The notes under the pieces are model-generated. The model saw nothing but the letters and a program-made list of their open reading frames with translations, was not told the origin of the DNA and did no database searches. A stretch of 64,000 nt of DNA from Octopus vulgaris. Its lineage: Eukaryota. Location of the stretch: the NCBI GenBank assembly GCA_951406725.2, contig OX597814.1:42656001-42720000 (forward strand), in the 5' to 3' direction. The position numbers and the translations under genes were made by a program. Shown here in pieces: positions 1 to 12,792 of this stretch. Each line of letters opens with the position of its first letter. The first letter of the stretch is position 1.

Positions 1-1640
1 GGCTTATAAATCTAGCTATCAAAAGACTACAGAGTGACAATTCCATTATAATACTTCCAGGGGAGAAGGGAAACACTACTGTGGTGATGAACAAGTCTGA
101 CTACTCTGAAAAGTTGGCAAGTCTTATAAGTGATGGTAGCTACAGCAAAGAAAAGAAACACCCAACTCTGAAAACAGAGAAGTTGTCACAGATATTGATC
201 AAGAACAATTACAGACAACTGATTCAACAGCACCGTAATCTACCATACACGTACGGTCTCCCTAAGATTCACAGGAATGGTATTCCATTAAGACCTATAG
301 TGGGATGTAGAGGTACAGCATGTCATCCACTGTGTCGCTTCCTTATGGATATAATCAGCCCATTAGCAGGAAAGTCAAAATCGTACGCGAAGAATTCCAC
401 CCACTTCACAGAATTGATCAAGGATAGCCCCATTGAATACAACCAGATGGTGAGTCTAGATGTGATAGGTCTGTTCACCAAAGTCCCACTAGTGAAGTAC
501 TATCGTTGAATAAAGAAAAACTAGTGACAGACACCCATCTAAAAAGACGCACTAGTATACCAATAAGGAACTTGATGGAAATGTGGACTGTCTGTGTAGA
601 AGCTACATACTTCAGACACTGATATATATCGACAAGAAGAGGGTTTAGCTCTGTGTGCGCCATCATCACTAGTAATAGCCAATATATACATGGAATACTT
701 TGAGAATTTCGCTTTAGGATTAACACCACTAAAACCAAAACTATGGCTACGATATCTTGATGATACCTTTATACACAGGCCCCACCAGGAATATGTCCGA
801 GTGCTGTTAGATCATGTGAACTCATTAAAGCCATCCATACAGTTCACAATGGAAAAGGCAAAAGACAATCGACTGGCATGCCTGGACGTATTAATAACAC
901 GCACCAAGTATGGATGCAGGATATCCGTATACCGCAAGCCCACCTTTACTGCACGATACCTCAACCTTCAATTCCTACCATCCATACACTGTAAAGAGAT
1001 GGATTGCTCAGTTCCTAAAACATCGTGCAAAGAATATAAGTAGTGATCGTGATACCCACCACGAAGAAAGGATCAAGCTCAGTAACAATCTATTAAGCAG
1101 CAACTACCACAAAAATATACTATCCGCTCCAATTATGAAGAAGAGAGAGGATGAGACCAGTAAACAGTCGACAGTATATCTACCCTATGTGAAAGGCCTC
1201 TCCGAAAAGATAGAAAAGATATGCGGCCCCATATGACATCAAGAGTGTATTTAAGTATAATACAACACTTCGCAAATATCTCCTTTGAGTAAAACCACCC
1301 ATTAAAGCGAATATGACAAAGACTGCGTGTACTCCATGCCATGCAGCTGTTGTAGGTTATACAAAGGCGAAAGATGCTTCCCTCTCAAAATAAGGGTAGA
1401 CGAACATCACAAAGCTATGACACGAGGATATATCGATAAATCGGGTTATAGCTGATCATATTTAGATAACTGGAGACCACCTCACCCTGTAGGATGAAGT
1501 TAAAATAATAGACAGAGAACACCACTGGAAAATAAGAAAAATAAATGAAGCAGCACATATGGTAGCATGCAACAATCTCCTAAGAAAACCGAGCACAGAT
1601 AGGAGATGCATATGTGAATCGGTATTAAGGAATGATAGAA
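1..1640 (+). mobile_element. Penelope-like retroelement (Poseidon/Penelope-type), frameshifted RT plus C-terminal GIY-YIG endonuclease; 5' end runs off the window
   Basis: Across frameshifts: YGLPKIHRNGIPLRPIV, VSLDVIGLFTKVP, WLRYLDDTF (YxDD), FTMEKAKDNRLACLDVLI, VYRKPT, VYLPYVKGLSEKI; from 1321 reads DCVYSMPCSCCRLYKGERCFPLKIRVDEH (degenerate GIY-YIG with CxxC and RxxEH). Confidence 0.93.
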
Positions 1641-1686
1641 AGATGTTAGATTTATAAGCCCTAAATTCACTCCGTAATTGCCCACA

Positions 1687-1757
1687 GGCACATGGTGTAA
1701 TGGTTAAGAGTGTGGTCTACAAACAACAAGATTCCGAGTTCGATTCCAAGCACTGAC
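1687..1757 (+). promoter_or_regulatory. tRNA-derived head with RNA Pol III A and B boxes, inside the PLE 3' terminal region
   Basis: A-box-like TGGTGTAATGG at 1693-1703 and B-box GTTCGATTCC at 1738-1747 with tRNA-like spacing; no complete cloverleaf. Confidence 0.7.
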
Positions 1758-1833
1758 TAATAATAATAATAATAATAACAACAACATTACAAAATACCTT
1801 AGGAATGAGAACCTAGGTTCGCGATTTCCCCAA

Positions 1834-1879
1834 GACATCTGATGAAGACTGGGGGGTTTATCAGCCGAAACGTTGTGTT
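1834..1879 (+). ncRNA. Minimal type I hammerhead ribozyme in the Penelope pLTR
   Basis: gacat-CTGATGA(1839-1845)-a-gactgg...tcagcc-GAAACGTT-gtgtt: stem I 5 bp (2 GU pairs), stem II with one mismatch, palindromic ACGU stem III, GUU cleavage triplet. Confidence 0.8.
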
Positions 1880-2229
1880 AACAACTAACAAGATAAGGAC
1901 AAATATCCGTCAAATGTACGTAATTCCTCATCTCTTAAATATAGAACTGCAATTTTAGTATCACAGCAGTAATTATAACTTCATCCAATTCTATCTCGTC
2001 ACTAAATTTTTAAAATTAATATAAAGCCTGACACTTACTGAGATTATGTTTTTTGAAATCGTATGCGGGTGGATGTTCAGAATATAAATTTGCTCTGATA
2101 TTCTCCCCATAAAACTTTTCCCAAAGTCTTTTGCTTCACAATATAGGCTGAACGTTCATTTTGCCATTTAGGTATGTCAAGTACTATTACTAGTAGTAGT
2201 AATATTCGCAGCGTCAGCAGCAGCAACAT

Positions 2230-2326
<97 letters not shown>

Positions 2327-2345
2327 TACCAGCAGCAGCAGTATT
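2230..2345. repeat. (AGT)n/(AGC)n microsatellite
   Basis: Direct reading. Confidence 0.95.
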
Positions 2346-3299
2346 AGTATTACTAGTAATATCGATTTTACTTTTTCGTTTCTTCACTATCACAAGATAT
2401 CTTTACCTCATGCAAAACGTAAGGGTCCCGATAATTTCAGCAAGAAATCTCCACAAACAAGAACAGCCCTGGTCAGTCACTGTCTCAGATGTCCGAAGAC
2501 AAACAGGTGCAACTCTAGCAACACAGACGATTTATCCTTCGCCGTTTCCTATACGAGAAACTCTTTAACACTTTCCCGGGAACTAGACATACGATGAAGG
2601 GAAAAAAAGATCGTTGGTCAATACTATAAGACTCACAAATATGATATTACTGCATATCCACTTGGCAGCACGTTTATCTTGCAACAGATGCTCACTACTC
2701 TAACTACATATTCCACCGTAATTCCATCATAGGTTATAGCAAAGTTGCTCCGTTTCCTCCCCAACCACAAGGAGACAAATAATCATTTAGATTGATCAAA
2801 AGAAATAATCTTTAAAAATCCAGTAGCTCAACCACAGATTTCTAAATTTCAACTATAAGGTAATAGGTTTTAACTAAGCAGCTAAGCTAGCAAAAGAAAT
2901 GTGGAGAAGCATTCGAGCTTTAACATATCATTAAAACCTGCTTAAGTTACAGTTTACTAAGTAGTCTTGTTTCTCATTGCCCTCATTATAGAACTAGTAG
3001 CCCAAACCAGTAGCTACAATCAGCGCAAAGAAAATATGCCTGTATGTATGTCTTTCCTTTCTACATATTTAATATAGCACCTTGAAGAATTTTACTCAAG
3101 CGAATAAAACCCATTAGTAAGTTCCTTTAGTAAGTTCCTGTTTCATTTGTATTTTATTGAACTGCTTGGGTTACTTGAACGTAGATCCACTAGAACCAGT
3201 TGGGAATCGGTTTGGGAGAGAAACATAGATACACAAACACGCACACACATATATTTATATGTACATATGCACATATAAATGGGCGTGTTAACTCTCTCA

Positions 3300-3418
<119 letters not shown>

Positions 3419-3885
3419 TGATATAATAAAAATGAGTAGCAGTATCTGCCAACTGAACTAGTAGCAGAATAAGTGTAAACGTACCTACTTCAACTCAATG
3501 TGTGTGTGTGTTTGTGTGCGTATTCTTACAAGTATTTTTATTATATCTTTGTCGAAGGTGGGTCAGTGTGTATAATATTTTCCACCCTCTTTAAGCTTTT
3601 AATCTCAGCTTGGTTCTCATGAACTTGAATATCTATAAGTTCATTGTCGAACATGTAGAGTTTGAAATAAAGAATCAATATGACTTGATGCAAATGCAGA
3701 AAGTTCTAAGATAATGTTTTTGTACATATCTTAGGGCGTGAGACACAGTATGTTTATGTGTGAAGAAAATGCGAATGAAATGGATACATCTGGGAAACAG
3801 TGTCCGGCAATCAAGGGCACAATAAGATCCTAAAGCAGTGAAGGTACAATATAGATATGCGAAGAAACATGAGAGATAAGTTGAT

Positions 3886-3919
<34 letters not shown>

Positions 3920-5831
3920 ATTATGGAGATATATGACAAATTTTAGTTACGCGTAAGTGACAAAATCATCTGCACACCAAGAATTTGACTGCACCCACCA
4001 TAAGCGCCGCCTTAGAAACGTTGACAGTATTTTATTGTAGCACTGAGCTCTAGTAGAAACTCCTCTATGAATTATATATGAATAATGTCCTGATATTGGG
4101 AGTTCATAATTTAATCTGTATCATGTATAGGGATTTCCAAACAAATGACGCAGACATTTTAATATTTATAACACGACCAGGTTCACAGAGTTTTTGTTGC
4201 AGAAAATTGGAGTATATTTACTGTATAAGGATAACTCTCAGTGATAATTTGGAAATCTTGGAGGCTGTAATAATGAACAAGATCATTATCCTCCTCATTA
4301 AAATTCATAAAATTATAATGCTTTTCTATTCCCAGATATAGTTAGTTAAAAAGGTATTGAGGAGAATATTCTCCTATTATCACCTGAGCAATTTATTACG
4401 CTCTAGTGTCCACATATTTTAATTACTTTTCATCAGACAAAGAAATAATACTAAAGCGCTTACTACCGTATTAAATCGTGTAATAGGTCGATGTCCGTTT
4501 GTCAGTTCTTTGTTTATCAATGATCATGTTACGTACCGTGTACCATTGTGTACCATGTTAAGTACCAAGTAGATTGTTCAAGGCCAAATACATTAGCGAT
4601 AATATCAGTTGTGTTCATTGAACAGATAAATATGCTTGCATGTAAGTACGCAAACAATCTGAGTGAGCGAGCTGCATTCCGCATCTTACAAGGAAGGAAT
4701 TTGACTTAATGCATATTTGAAAAAAAGAATTTCAACTTGTACTTTATCAATTCATCATTGCCTTGCTTTGTACAGCTTTATGAAAACAAAACTTTTTCCC
4801 CGTTTTGCCAATGGGAAATATATTTGTCTGGCTTCAGTTTTCGAAGACAAAGAATATTTCAATAAGCATCATAACCCAACAGAAAAATCTAGCTAAATAT
4901 TGACATTTGATTCTAAGCATTGTCGTAGTTTATAGATGAATGGAAATTAGTTCATGTAGATAGTATATTATATATTTTGAAATCGCATCATTGAATTTAT
5001 GAAGTGAAATGGAATTAAGCGAAAGGTGAAATCAAATCATGCACTGCACCATGTTGGAGCTTATATAAAGGCAATAATCATTCTAAATACGTATTCATTT
5101 ATTGCTTTGAAACAATGATTCATAATGTTAATCCATTGTTCTCAAGTGACTGCTATATCATCGAATATAACTGAATCATAACAATAAATGTCGAATGTTA
5201 TTTTAATAAAATGTATATAACTAGAATTTTCATAACATGTATATTACTGGGTTCTTCATAAAATATAAATTCCTGATCATACAATGAAAAATAGATTGAA
5301 TTATGATAAATTTTTTCATACTCTTCTGAATGTATATTATTCTATAATAGCATTTGTTTTATTAATATTTATAGGCGTTCAGTTATGGCACAAAACAATC
5401 ATAGAAACACAGAAACACATACACACTTTCCTTTCTGTATTTCATCTAATAATGGAAATGCGTTGGTTCGTAAATGCGTGCTTCAAATACAGAGAAACGT
5501 TGGCTGCTGTAGATCCTTCATATGTATAATTGACATGCATAATTATTTTAATAAATTAGTTAACGGAAGAAGGCCATTGTTTTTGAAATATTTTTGATCT
5601 TTCCTGTCTGGTGAGCAGAAGTTATCTTTAGACCGGAGACCTGATCCGAACTATTGCAACAAAGAATAATTTGCGTGGAGCTCCCGTTCAAAATTAGATA
5701 AAGCACCTCGAAACAGGAAAATAATGAAAAGTATTTGCATACAGTTTCTGTCAACTCAAATAATTAAACAACAGAAAACGTGCGTTGAACCAAGGTCACT
5801 GTGAAAAACATTGAACTGAATTTACATTTAA

Positions 5832-5870
5832 GGAATCAGTCATATTGCACAATACAATATGACTGATTCC
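5832..5870. repeat. Perfect 16-bp inverted repeat (hairpin, 7-nt loop)
   Basis: ggaatcagtcatattg / cacaata / caatatgactgattcc. Confidence 0.9.
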
Positions 5871-6089
5871 ATAAGAAATATGTGAAATAAACGTCTTCAG
5901 TAAATGAACAGATGCACTATACATTATGCAGTATAAGAGCGAGTGTAAATCAAAATAATTCCAATGATTTGTACAAGAAGTTGAAAAATAATATACTTGG
6001 AAAAATCAATTCTGAATCACGCACTTATTATCATTGATAATTCTCCTCAGTTTAGAACAGCTCCTTTGATGAAAGTATTTGCAATGCAT

Positions 6090-6212
6090 TTTGTTTTATC
6101 GACAACCGAAGGACGAAAATCAAATTTCATCGCAGCAGAACATTAAATTATAAAGATCCGGTATGCATATCGCAAGGTTTTAGCTCCGACGCTCAAACTA
6201 TTTCATCAATCC
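6090..6212 (-). mobile_element. Decayed SINE fragment (same family as 35527-35742)
   Basis: ttttatcgacaaccgaaggacgaaa is a degenerate reverse complement of ttcatcctttcggggtcgataaa. Confidence 0.5.
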
Positions 6213-6213
<1 letters not shown>

Positions 6214-6284
<71 letters not shown>

Positions 6285-6365
6285 CAGCAGTAGTAGTAGT
6301 ATCGATGATGGTGGTGGTGGTGGTCGTCGTCGTCGTCGTCGTCGTCGTCATCGTCGTCGTCTTCG
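6214..6365. repeat. Compound (AGT)n-(GGT)n-(GTC)n microsatellite
   Basis: Direct reading. Confidence 0.95.
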
Positions 6366-6439
6366 TGGTAGAAGTAGTATGAAATTTAATAACAATTCAT
6401 GAGATTGAAAGAGTGAGAATAGCATTGATAATTTCAGAA

Positions 6440-9150
6440 GTTTTAAACCAACACTTAAAAGAGTGACGAAAAGAAAGGCTGGCAAAAAGAAGATTGGGAA
6501 TCAAAGACCAATTGATCATTTTCAAGTAGTTCTTCTGATAATGTAGAAAGAAAATGAGAAATGTATCCATCAGTATTACAGAAAACTAGAATAGCTAGCC
6601 TCGTCCCACACTCTCGGTTCATGCGATGCTTAGAACTCTTCCTTACCTCGAAAAATATGCCAGTCAAAATACTCAGTGACATTAGAGAGTAGAGTTAGCA
6701 TTAGGAGAGGGACAGATGAAGTGAGACACTAATCAGAAGAGTAATATTTCAAGGGGACTCACATTTTCCCATCAATTTTTAAATGCACCTCTCACTGATA
6801 TGTGGATCATATTTAATCAGCGCTAAGGAAGGATACTCACCCGAAGAGTGACGATTTGAATCGTATTCTATGTATACAGGATGGAATGCAAGAGGAGCCA
6901 TTTGTGCAAACTGTGATCAACTTAAGTAACATCATTGGAATGACTTTCGGAATCGAAAATTTTCAACGGTAGAGATGAAGCGGGGCAACTCTATAAGAAT
7001 ACCGGAATCAATCTACATCAGGATGAGAATATGAAATCATTAAACAAAGAAGAATTGTGGGAGCAATTGTAAGGAAATAAAAATCAAATATATAAACATG
7101 AAAGAAACTTTCAAGTAAATAATTCAGCAAAGATTGGAATAGATTATTAAATCCAAATCGAATGCAAAAATTCATCATACAAGCAATCGGCTTCATAATA
7201 GTATGTATGGAATAATGCAGGAGACAGGAAATATTCAATATAAAAAGAATGAGGTGAAGGACATCGCCAAAAAAAGACACCGATTGCTCACAATGCAGAG
7301 GCATGCATCTTTGCTCAAATGTTGTTTGTTTCTGAGGGTCAGAGCAAAAGAAAAGGGATTACTGTTGCGAAGAAGTATTAGAAATATTGAAAGTGTGTCT
7401 ATCATTATATAGTTTTGAAATAGAAAAAACACCACTTAAGGAAGTATGATTTAAACAACGAAAAGAAACCTAGAATTACGAGCCGGAAAATGTAGAAAAG
7501 AGGACGTGCTGTACCCGAAAGTGGTGTTAAGAAAAGAGATCAGCAGGACTGCTCATACAAATGTAATGTGTGCGATGTTTCAGATGACAGCGTAATTTAC
7601 GTTTTATCGGAAGGCTTACAGTTAGTTCATAATGAATTACAAGAAGTACAAATATCATAAAATCCTGGAATGATACTCTGGGATTTTAAAACAAAAATTC
7701 GTTTACATGCACAAAAGAAAGTGATGACAATTTTGTGGGAATAAGAAGTTGAAGACATTCAAAACGATGCTGTGAATTAGAAGTCGGACACACCAATGCA
7801 AACGAAATATGTGTGAAATATGCCGCCGAATATTGGGAAAGAAACAACAAACAATGTGATGTAGTCGACGGATCGTGCCCATTAAATAACAGATTGAAGA
7901 AGAGAAAATGAAAAAGCAGAATATTCCTTGCTTGGAATGTATAAACCCCAAATACTGGTACAGATGTTTAGGATGTAATGATTATTAGTGGATCAGTGCC
8001 CCAAAATCTAGGACTGATGTACAAGTCACAAATTTGTAGCCAACCACTTCTTTGCTGGTCTATCGAAACCTCTATCCTCATATAATCAAAATAACTCGAT
8101 CCTGCTTTCGGAATCAGCGCTGGCGTTTTTTGGAAAACCGTTCGTTACCTGTCAGCTAGATGGAAATGATTGAGTATGTTTTAAAGGCTTTTATACCGTC
8201 GTTTCCCATCCAGTATAGACATGCATCCACGATTTCTTTCAATCACATTCTAGTACTAAGCACATCTAAACGGCTTTAAAAATGCGGGCACCCCTCACCA
8301 GTGCGAACACACAGGATGACAGGTTTAAAGATACCACCTTTGATACATTTCAAGTAGATGACTACCAACTCACTGTCCGTTTTCAGGAAGATCGAACATG
8401 TTCCGAGATCCAGGTTGTTATGAAACAGAACGAAAATTTCATGCTAAGAAGCGTGTCTTGGATATCCTCGTCCAGTCGGTGGCTATGATATCTAAACCTA
8501 GAGAACTGAAGTCATTAAACAGACGAATTGGTTTCAAGTATGACCGCAGGCCATGTAATTCGAGCTACCATGTTGGTTGAATAAAGAGAAGGGAAGAAGA
8601 AAATATGCTTGCCCCATTTAGAGGTTCTAGAGTCCTGATGACTCTGTTTTCAAGCAAGGGATATCCACTTTCAATTGAGAAGTCCTTTAGAAATCTAGAC
8701 CAATGTCTTGCGCTAGAGAGTCCCATATCATAAAGGAAATTCACATTATTTACTTTGTGTTCAATCATTTTTTTAAAGTTTGGAGAAGCTGGCCCAGAGA
8801 ACATCTCTCCCTGTTTCAATTTTTTCCTTTAGATCAATGAAGGGCATCAGCTATTTGGTGCTTCCCCTTATCAGCACGAATTTTCGGGTTGCTATTTTTA
8901 TTTTTTGCTCACATTGCGTTTGTGTGTTTTTTCTGCTGGTGCTATCTTGTGTATGCTTTCGGTTTGTTGATAGTGTAGTTGTTGCGGATATGTTATCGTT
9001 TATTACATGTGGTTTTGGTAATGTTATCATACATGTGGGATTATTTAAAACAGATCTCGCACTTTTTAAAATTTCTATTGTGATAATTCTTTTATTCACT
9101 TAGTTTTTCACTACTTCGAGCTTGATTACTTCACATCGAAATGATCTGAC
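6440..9150 (-). mobile_element. Heavily decayed non-LTR retrotransposon, possibly I/Nimb group
   Basis: Microsatellite-free block with broken minus-strand ORFs (8851-9099, 8565-8819, 6455-6682) and only weak Cys/His knuckle-like remnants near 7830-8030; no clean motif. Confidence 0.3.
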
Positions 9151-10509
9151 GCGGGAGGTGGCGGTGTTATTTTATTTATTTATTTATTTTTGTATGTCCT
9201 CGTGCACGCTTGAAAAGGAGGAGGTGGAAAGCGTTTGTAAAAAGGTAGTAGTAGGGTCCTCCGCTCTACTGTTTTGTTGATGACCAAACACTTTAGATTT
9301 CGGTACCACACTAGAACATTTCTGCCTCAAATGTAACCGTTGTCGTATTACCGAGCATTAAATTTAATCCATTGATTAAAACTTTTCTCTCAGATGATGT
9401 GTTTTTAATTAATTTATTTGGTACGAAAGATTTATAGGCATTACAATTAATGAAGTTTTGCTGCATTAATATTAATATTATTTTATTTTCGAGTCTTTCC
9501 ATATACTATGTTTGTGTTTGCCTGAACACACGCGCGCGCGCACGCACACGCACGCACGCACAAATACACGCACGGACACACACGCATATATTCATCCTGG
9601 CACATATTTAATTTTTGTATATCATATGCAAATTTATTTAGGCAGACTCTTGTGCTGGAATGTATGTTGTTTTGTTCTATATTTCAAGGGTGACTACGCC
9701 AATGATAAACGCACGCACTGTTTTTTTTTTGGCTTTTTACTTCGCATTTTAAATTTTGTCATTAGGTCAACTGTTTAGCCAATTAAATAATAATCTGTTT
9801 AATTAACTGTTCAGGCAATCAATCAGATAATTTTGTCAAAATCAGTCTTATCGACGTCTAGATAATGTTTGACTGGCTGCCTACCAGCATCCTGCAGCAC
9901 TTCTTTGTAAATAGGCATACTACTTCCTATTCATAACGCGTTGCATTAAGGTTCATTGGCCCTTCGCGATTTCTACGCCGTGCTGGTGGGCCTCTGCGCC
10001 GCTATGTTTCCAAAATAAATCTACTGTATTTCTCTAGGTTATGTCTAAGCCAATGTATAACCAATGAAAATTTAACTTCTGTTACATTGTCTGCGTATGG
10101 TGGAATGCTCACACTTTTATTGAACAGTAGGGTTGTATGTATCAAAATGATTCATTTTTCAATTAAATTTTTTCTAAATATACATTTATAGTTTTCTTTC
10201 TTCATTAGATTCAATGAATTACGCTATTTGCATAATAGCGAGTAATAATAGCGATATGGTTACTTCTACGTTGTAAAAGACGCAGCAAATATTTTCTTTG
10301 CATAATTATACAAAATGACATTGTAGAGTAATATAACAAATTTGGTCAATTTTATTTGCTTCGTAAAAAGGAATTATTGATTAAATTGCATGAATTGTTA
10401 TTTGTGTGCTATAGAATATACAGTATTTGCAAAACATGATTATACAAATAAGTAACTTTAATGACTTATTATCGATATGAGCAGAGAGGTATGCTAAATA
10501 GTACATGCC

Positions 10510-10735
10510 TTGCGGGAGCAACTGCTTTATCGAACGAGTATATTGTGGGTAAATGCTCGAGACACGAGAGTAGAAAAACCGCCAAGAACTGATGAAGTGT
10601 CACTCTTTATGTTGTTTGACTTGTTTTCCATTTGTGTCTTTGGTTGTTCGCAAAAATAATTCATCTTCTATGTACTCGTACTTCGTATTTCTTTTGTTCT
10701 ACACGTTTCGTGACGTCTTGTACCCACACCACATG
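10510..10735 (+). mobile_element. Short interspersed repeat family F1, copy 1 (ends in a CA/TA microsatellite)
   Basis: Aligns by eye with 12395-12612 (ggagcaactg.tttatcgaa...aaatgctcga...gatgaag...ttgttcg.aaaaa...gtgac.tc.tgtac). Confidence 0.75.
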
Positions 10736-11099
10736 CCAAACACACACACACACATATATATATATATTTGCGTGTGGCGATCATTTTAGTTATCGCAAAA
10801 TACTGTAAGTGAATTTAAAGTTACTTTTTAACTACATACAATTCCTAATGACAACAACAACCACTAATCTTCTTTATAACTGTCATACAGGTCTAACAAT
10901 GATATATGTTTTGCAGAAGGAAAATTGTATTTCTACAAGTGTTACTGATAACTCGATATTGTAAGACGTTATATACTGAATAAACTGCGTGGGATATACT
11001 GAACATAAAATAAACCTGTCATCTGCAAATATCACTACTTTTTTTCTATCTTGATCATCTTCAATAAAACTATTAGTGTTATGAGAGAGTGAAAGAATA

Positions 11100-11222
11100 T
11101 GAGAGAGAAAGAGAGAAAAACGAAAGAGTAAACTAATCGTATAGGGTGCGCATCAGAACTACTAAGATAAAAATTACTTGGAAGAGGTGGTGTGGCGTTC
11201 ATTCATATAATAATAAGAATGA
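11100..11222 (+). repeat. Repeat X, copy 1 (inverted partner of 12105-12230)
   Basis: gaaagagtaaactaatcgtatagggtgcgcatcagaac...gtggcgttca matches the reverse complement of 12105-12230. Confidence 0.8.
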
Positions 11223-11308
11223 TATATATATATATATATATACATATACATGCATACATACATATATATATAATATATATATATATTCATATATACATAC
11301 ATACATAT

Positions 11309-11400
<92 letters not shown>

Positions 11401-11700
11401 ATATCTGGGCGCAGCACGTCATGAAACGTGTACAGCAAAAGATACGAAGTACGAGTGCATGGAGTATGAGCTATTCTTTCGAACAACGAAAAACACAATT
11501 GGAAAAAAGACAAACAACTTCGTTGAAGCTAAGTACCCCTTGCTGTTTGTTTTCACTGTCCTGATGAAGAGTCGTTCTCTATCATCTTTGTTTTGTTTTC
11601 CCTTCGTTCTTTCGTTGTTTGAAAAAATAGTTCATATATTTCATAGTACATATATTTCATATTTTGCTGTCGTACACGTTTCATGACGTCTTGTATTAAC
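11401..11700. mobile_element. Fold-back module of two inverted F1 3' ends between (TA)n tracts
   Basis: acgtcatgaaacgtgtacagcaaaa...ttcgaacaacgaa (about 11411-11495) is an imperfect inverted copy of ttcgttgtttgaa...ttttgctgtcgtacacgtttcatgacgt (about 11608-11695). Confidence 0.85.
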
Positions 11701-11839
11701 ATATATGTGTATATATATACATATAGATGTAAGTATGTACATATACGTATGCATATTAGCATATAAATATATACATATGTACATACATGTAGTTGTATGT
11801 ACATATACGTATGTATATATAAATATATATATATATATT

Positions 11840-12043
11840 TCAAAATGTGACCTCGTGTGTACCGTTGGCGATTTTTTTCCTCTGTCTTCCCTTCTCCGGA
11901 TCTTTCCTTCTCCGGATCTTTCCTTCTCCTATGTTTCCGACGAAGAGCTCCACTAGAAACGTTAAACCCTCCTTCTTTCCTTTATGTCTTCCACGTCCTC
12001 GCGTTGTTGTGATTTTATGTGCTTTCTTGTTTAGATTAACTGC

Positions 12044-12045
<2 letters not shown>
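11840..12045 (+). mobile_element. pLTR-like module between (TA)n tracts carrying a decayed hammerhead (11933-11967)
   Basis: gttt-CCGACGA-agagc-tcc-acta-GAAACGTT-aaac: stem I gttt/aaac, one core substitution, damaged stem II. Confidence 0.65.
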
Positions 12046-12103
<58 letters not shown>

Positions 12104-12104
12104 T

Positions 12105-12230
12105 TTATATTATTTATATTATGATATGTTTGAACGCCACGCATCCTCTTCCCATTAAGTTTCATCTTAATAATTCTGATGCGCACTCTATACGATCTTT
12201 TTACTCTTTCTTTTTCCTTTTTTTCTTTCC
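12105..12230 (-). repeat. Repeat X, copy 2
   Basis: Reverse complement resembles 11100-11222. Confidence 0.8.
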
Positions 12231-12279
12231 TTTGTAGCTGTTATGTTCTTGTCTCTTTCCTGTCCAAGTTTAATTTACG

Positions 12280-12612
12280 CGTTAGCCACCACAACCTCGT
12301 TTAGGCTTAGCAGCTCTTCCTGTTTGTTTTCACTGTCCTGCTTTTTAACCAATTTTGACACTCCGCAAAATCCAAAATTTTATTTATTTTGCTTCGCAGG
12401 AGCAACTGTTTTATCGAAAGCGTACATTGGTGTTAAATGCTCGAAATACGAGAACAGAGAAACAGACACCAACAGATGAAGGTTCGCTCTTTATATTGTT
12501 TGCCTTGCTTTCTATTTCTGCCTTTCGTTGTTCGAAAAAAATATTTCATATTCCATGTACTCATACTTCGTACGATTTGTAGTACACATTTTGTGACATC
12601 CTGTACTCGCAT
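12280..12612 (+). mobile_element. Repeat family F1, longer copy
   Basis: Matches 10510-10735 and shares tgtttgttttcactgtcctg with 11545-11563. Confidence 0.75.
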
Positions 12613-12718
12613 ATGCACACACACACACACATATATATATATATCTTTACACACAAATATATATATATGTATAGTTAAATGTATATATATATACGCACAC
12701 ACATATACACACACACAC

Positions 12719-12792
<74 letters not shown>

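Noticed and set aside
1687-1757. Functional tRNA gene
   Set aside because: A and B boxes are present but acceptor and anticodon stems do not pair; it lies inside a retroelement end.
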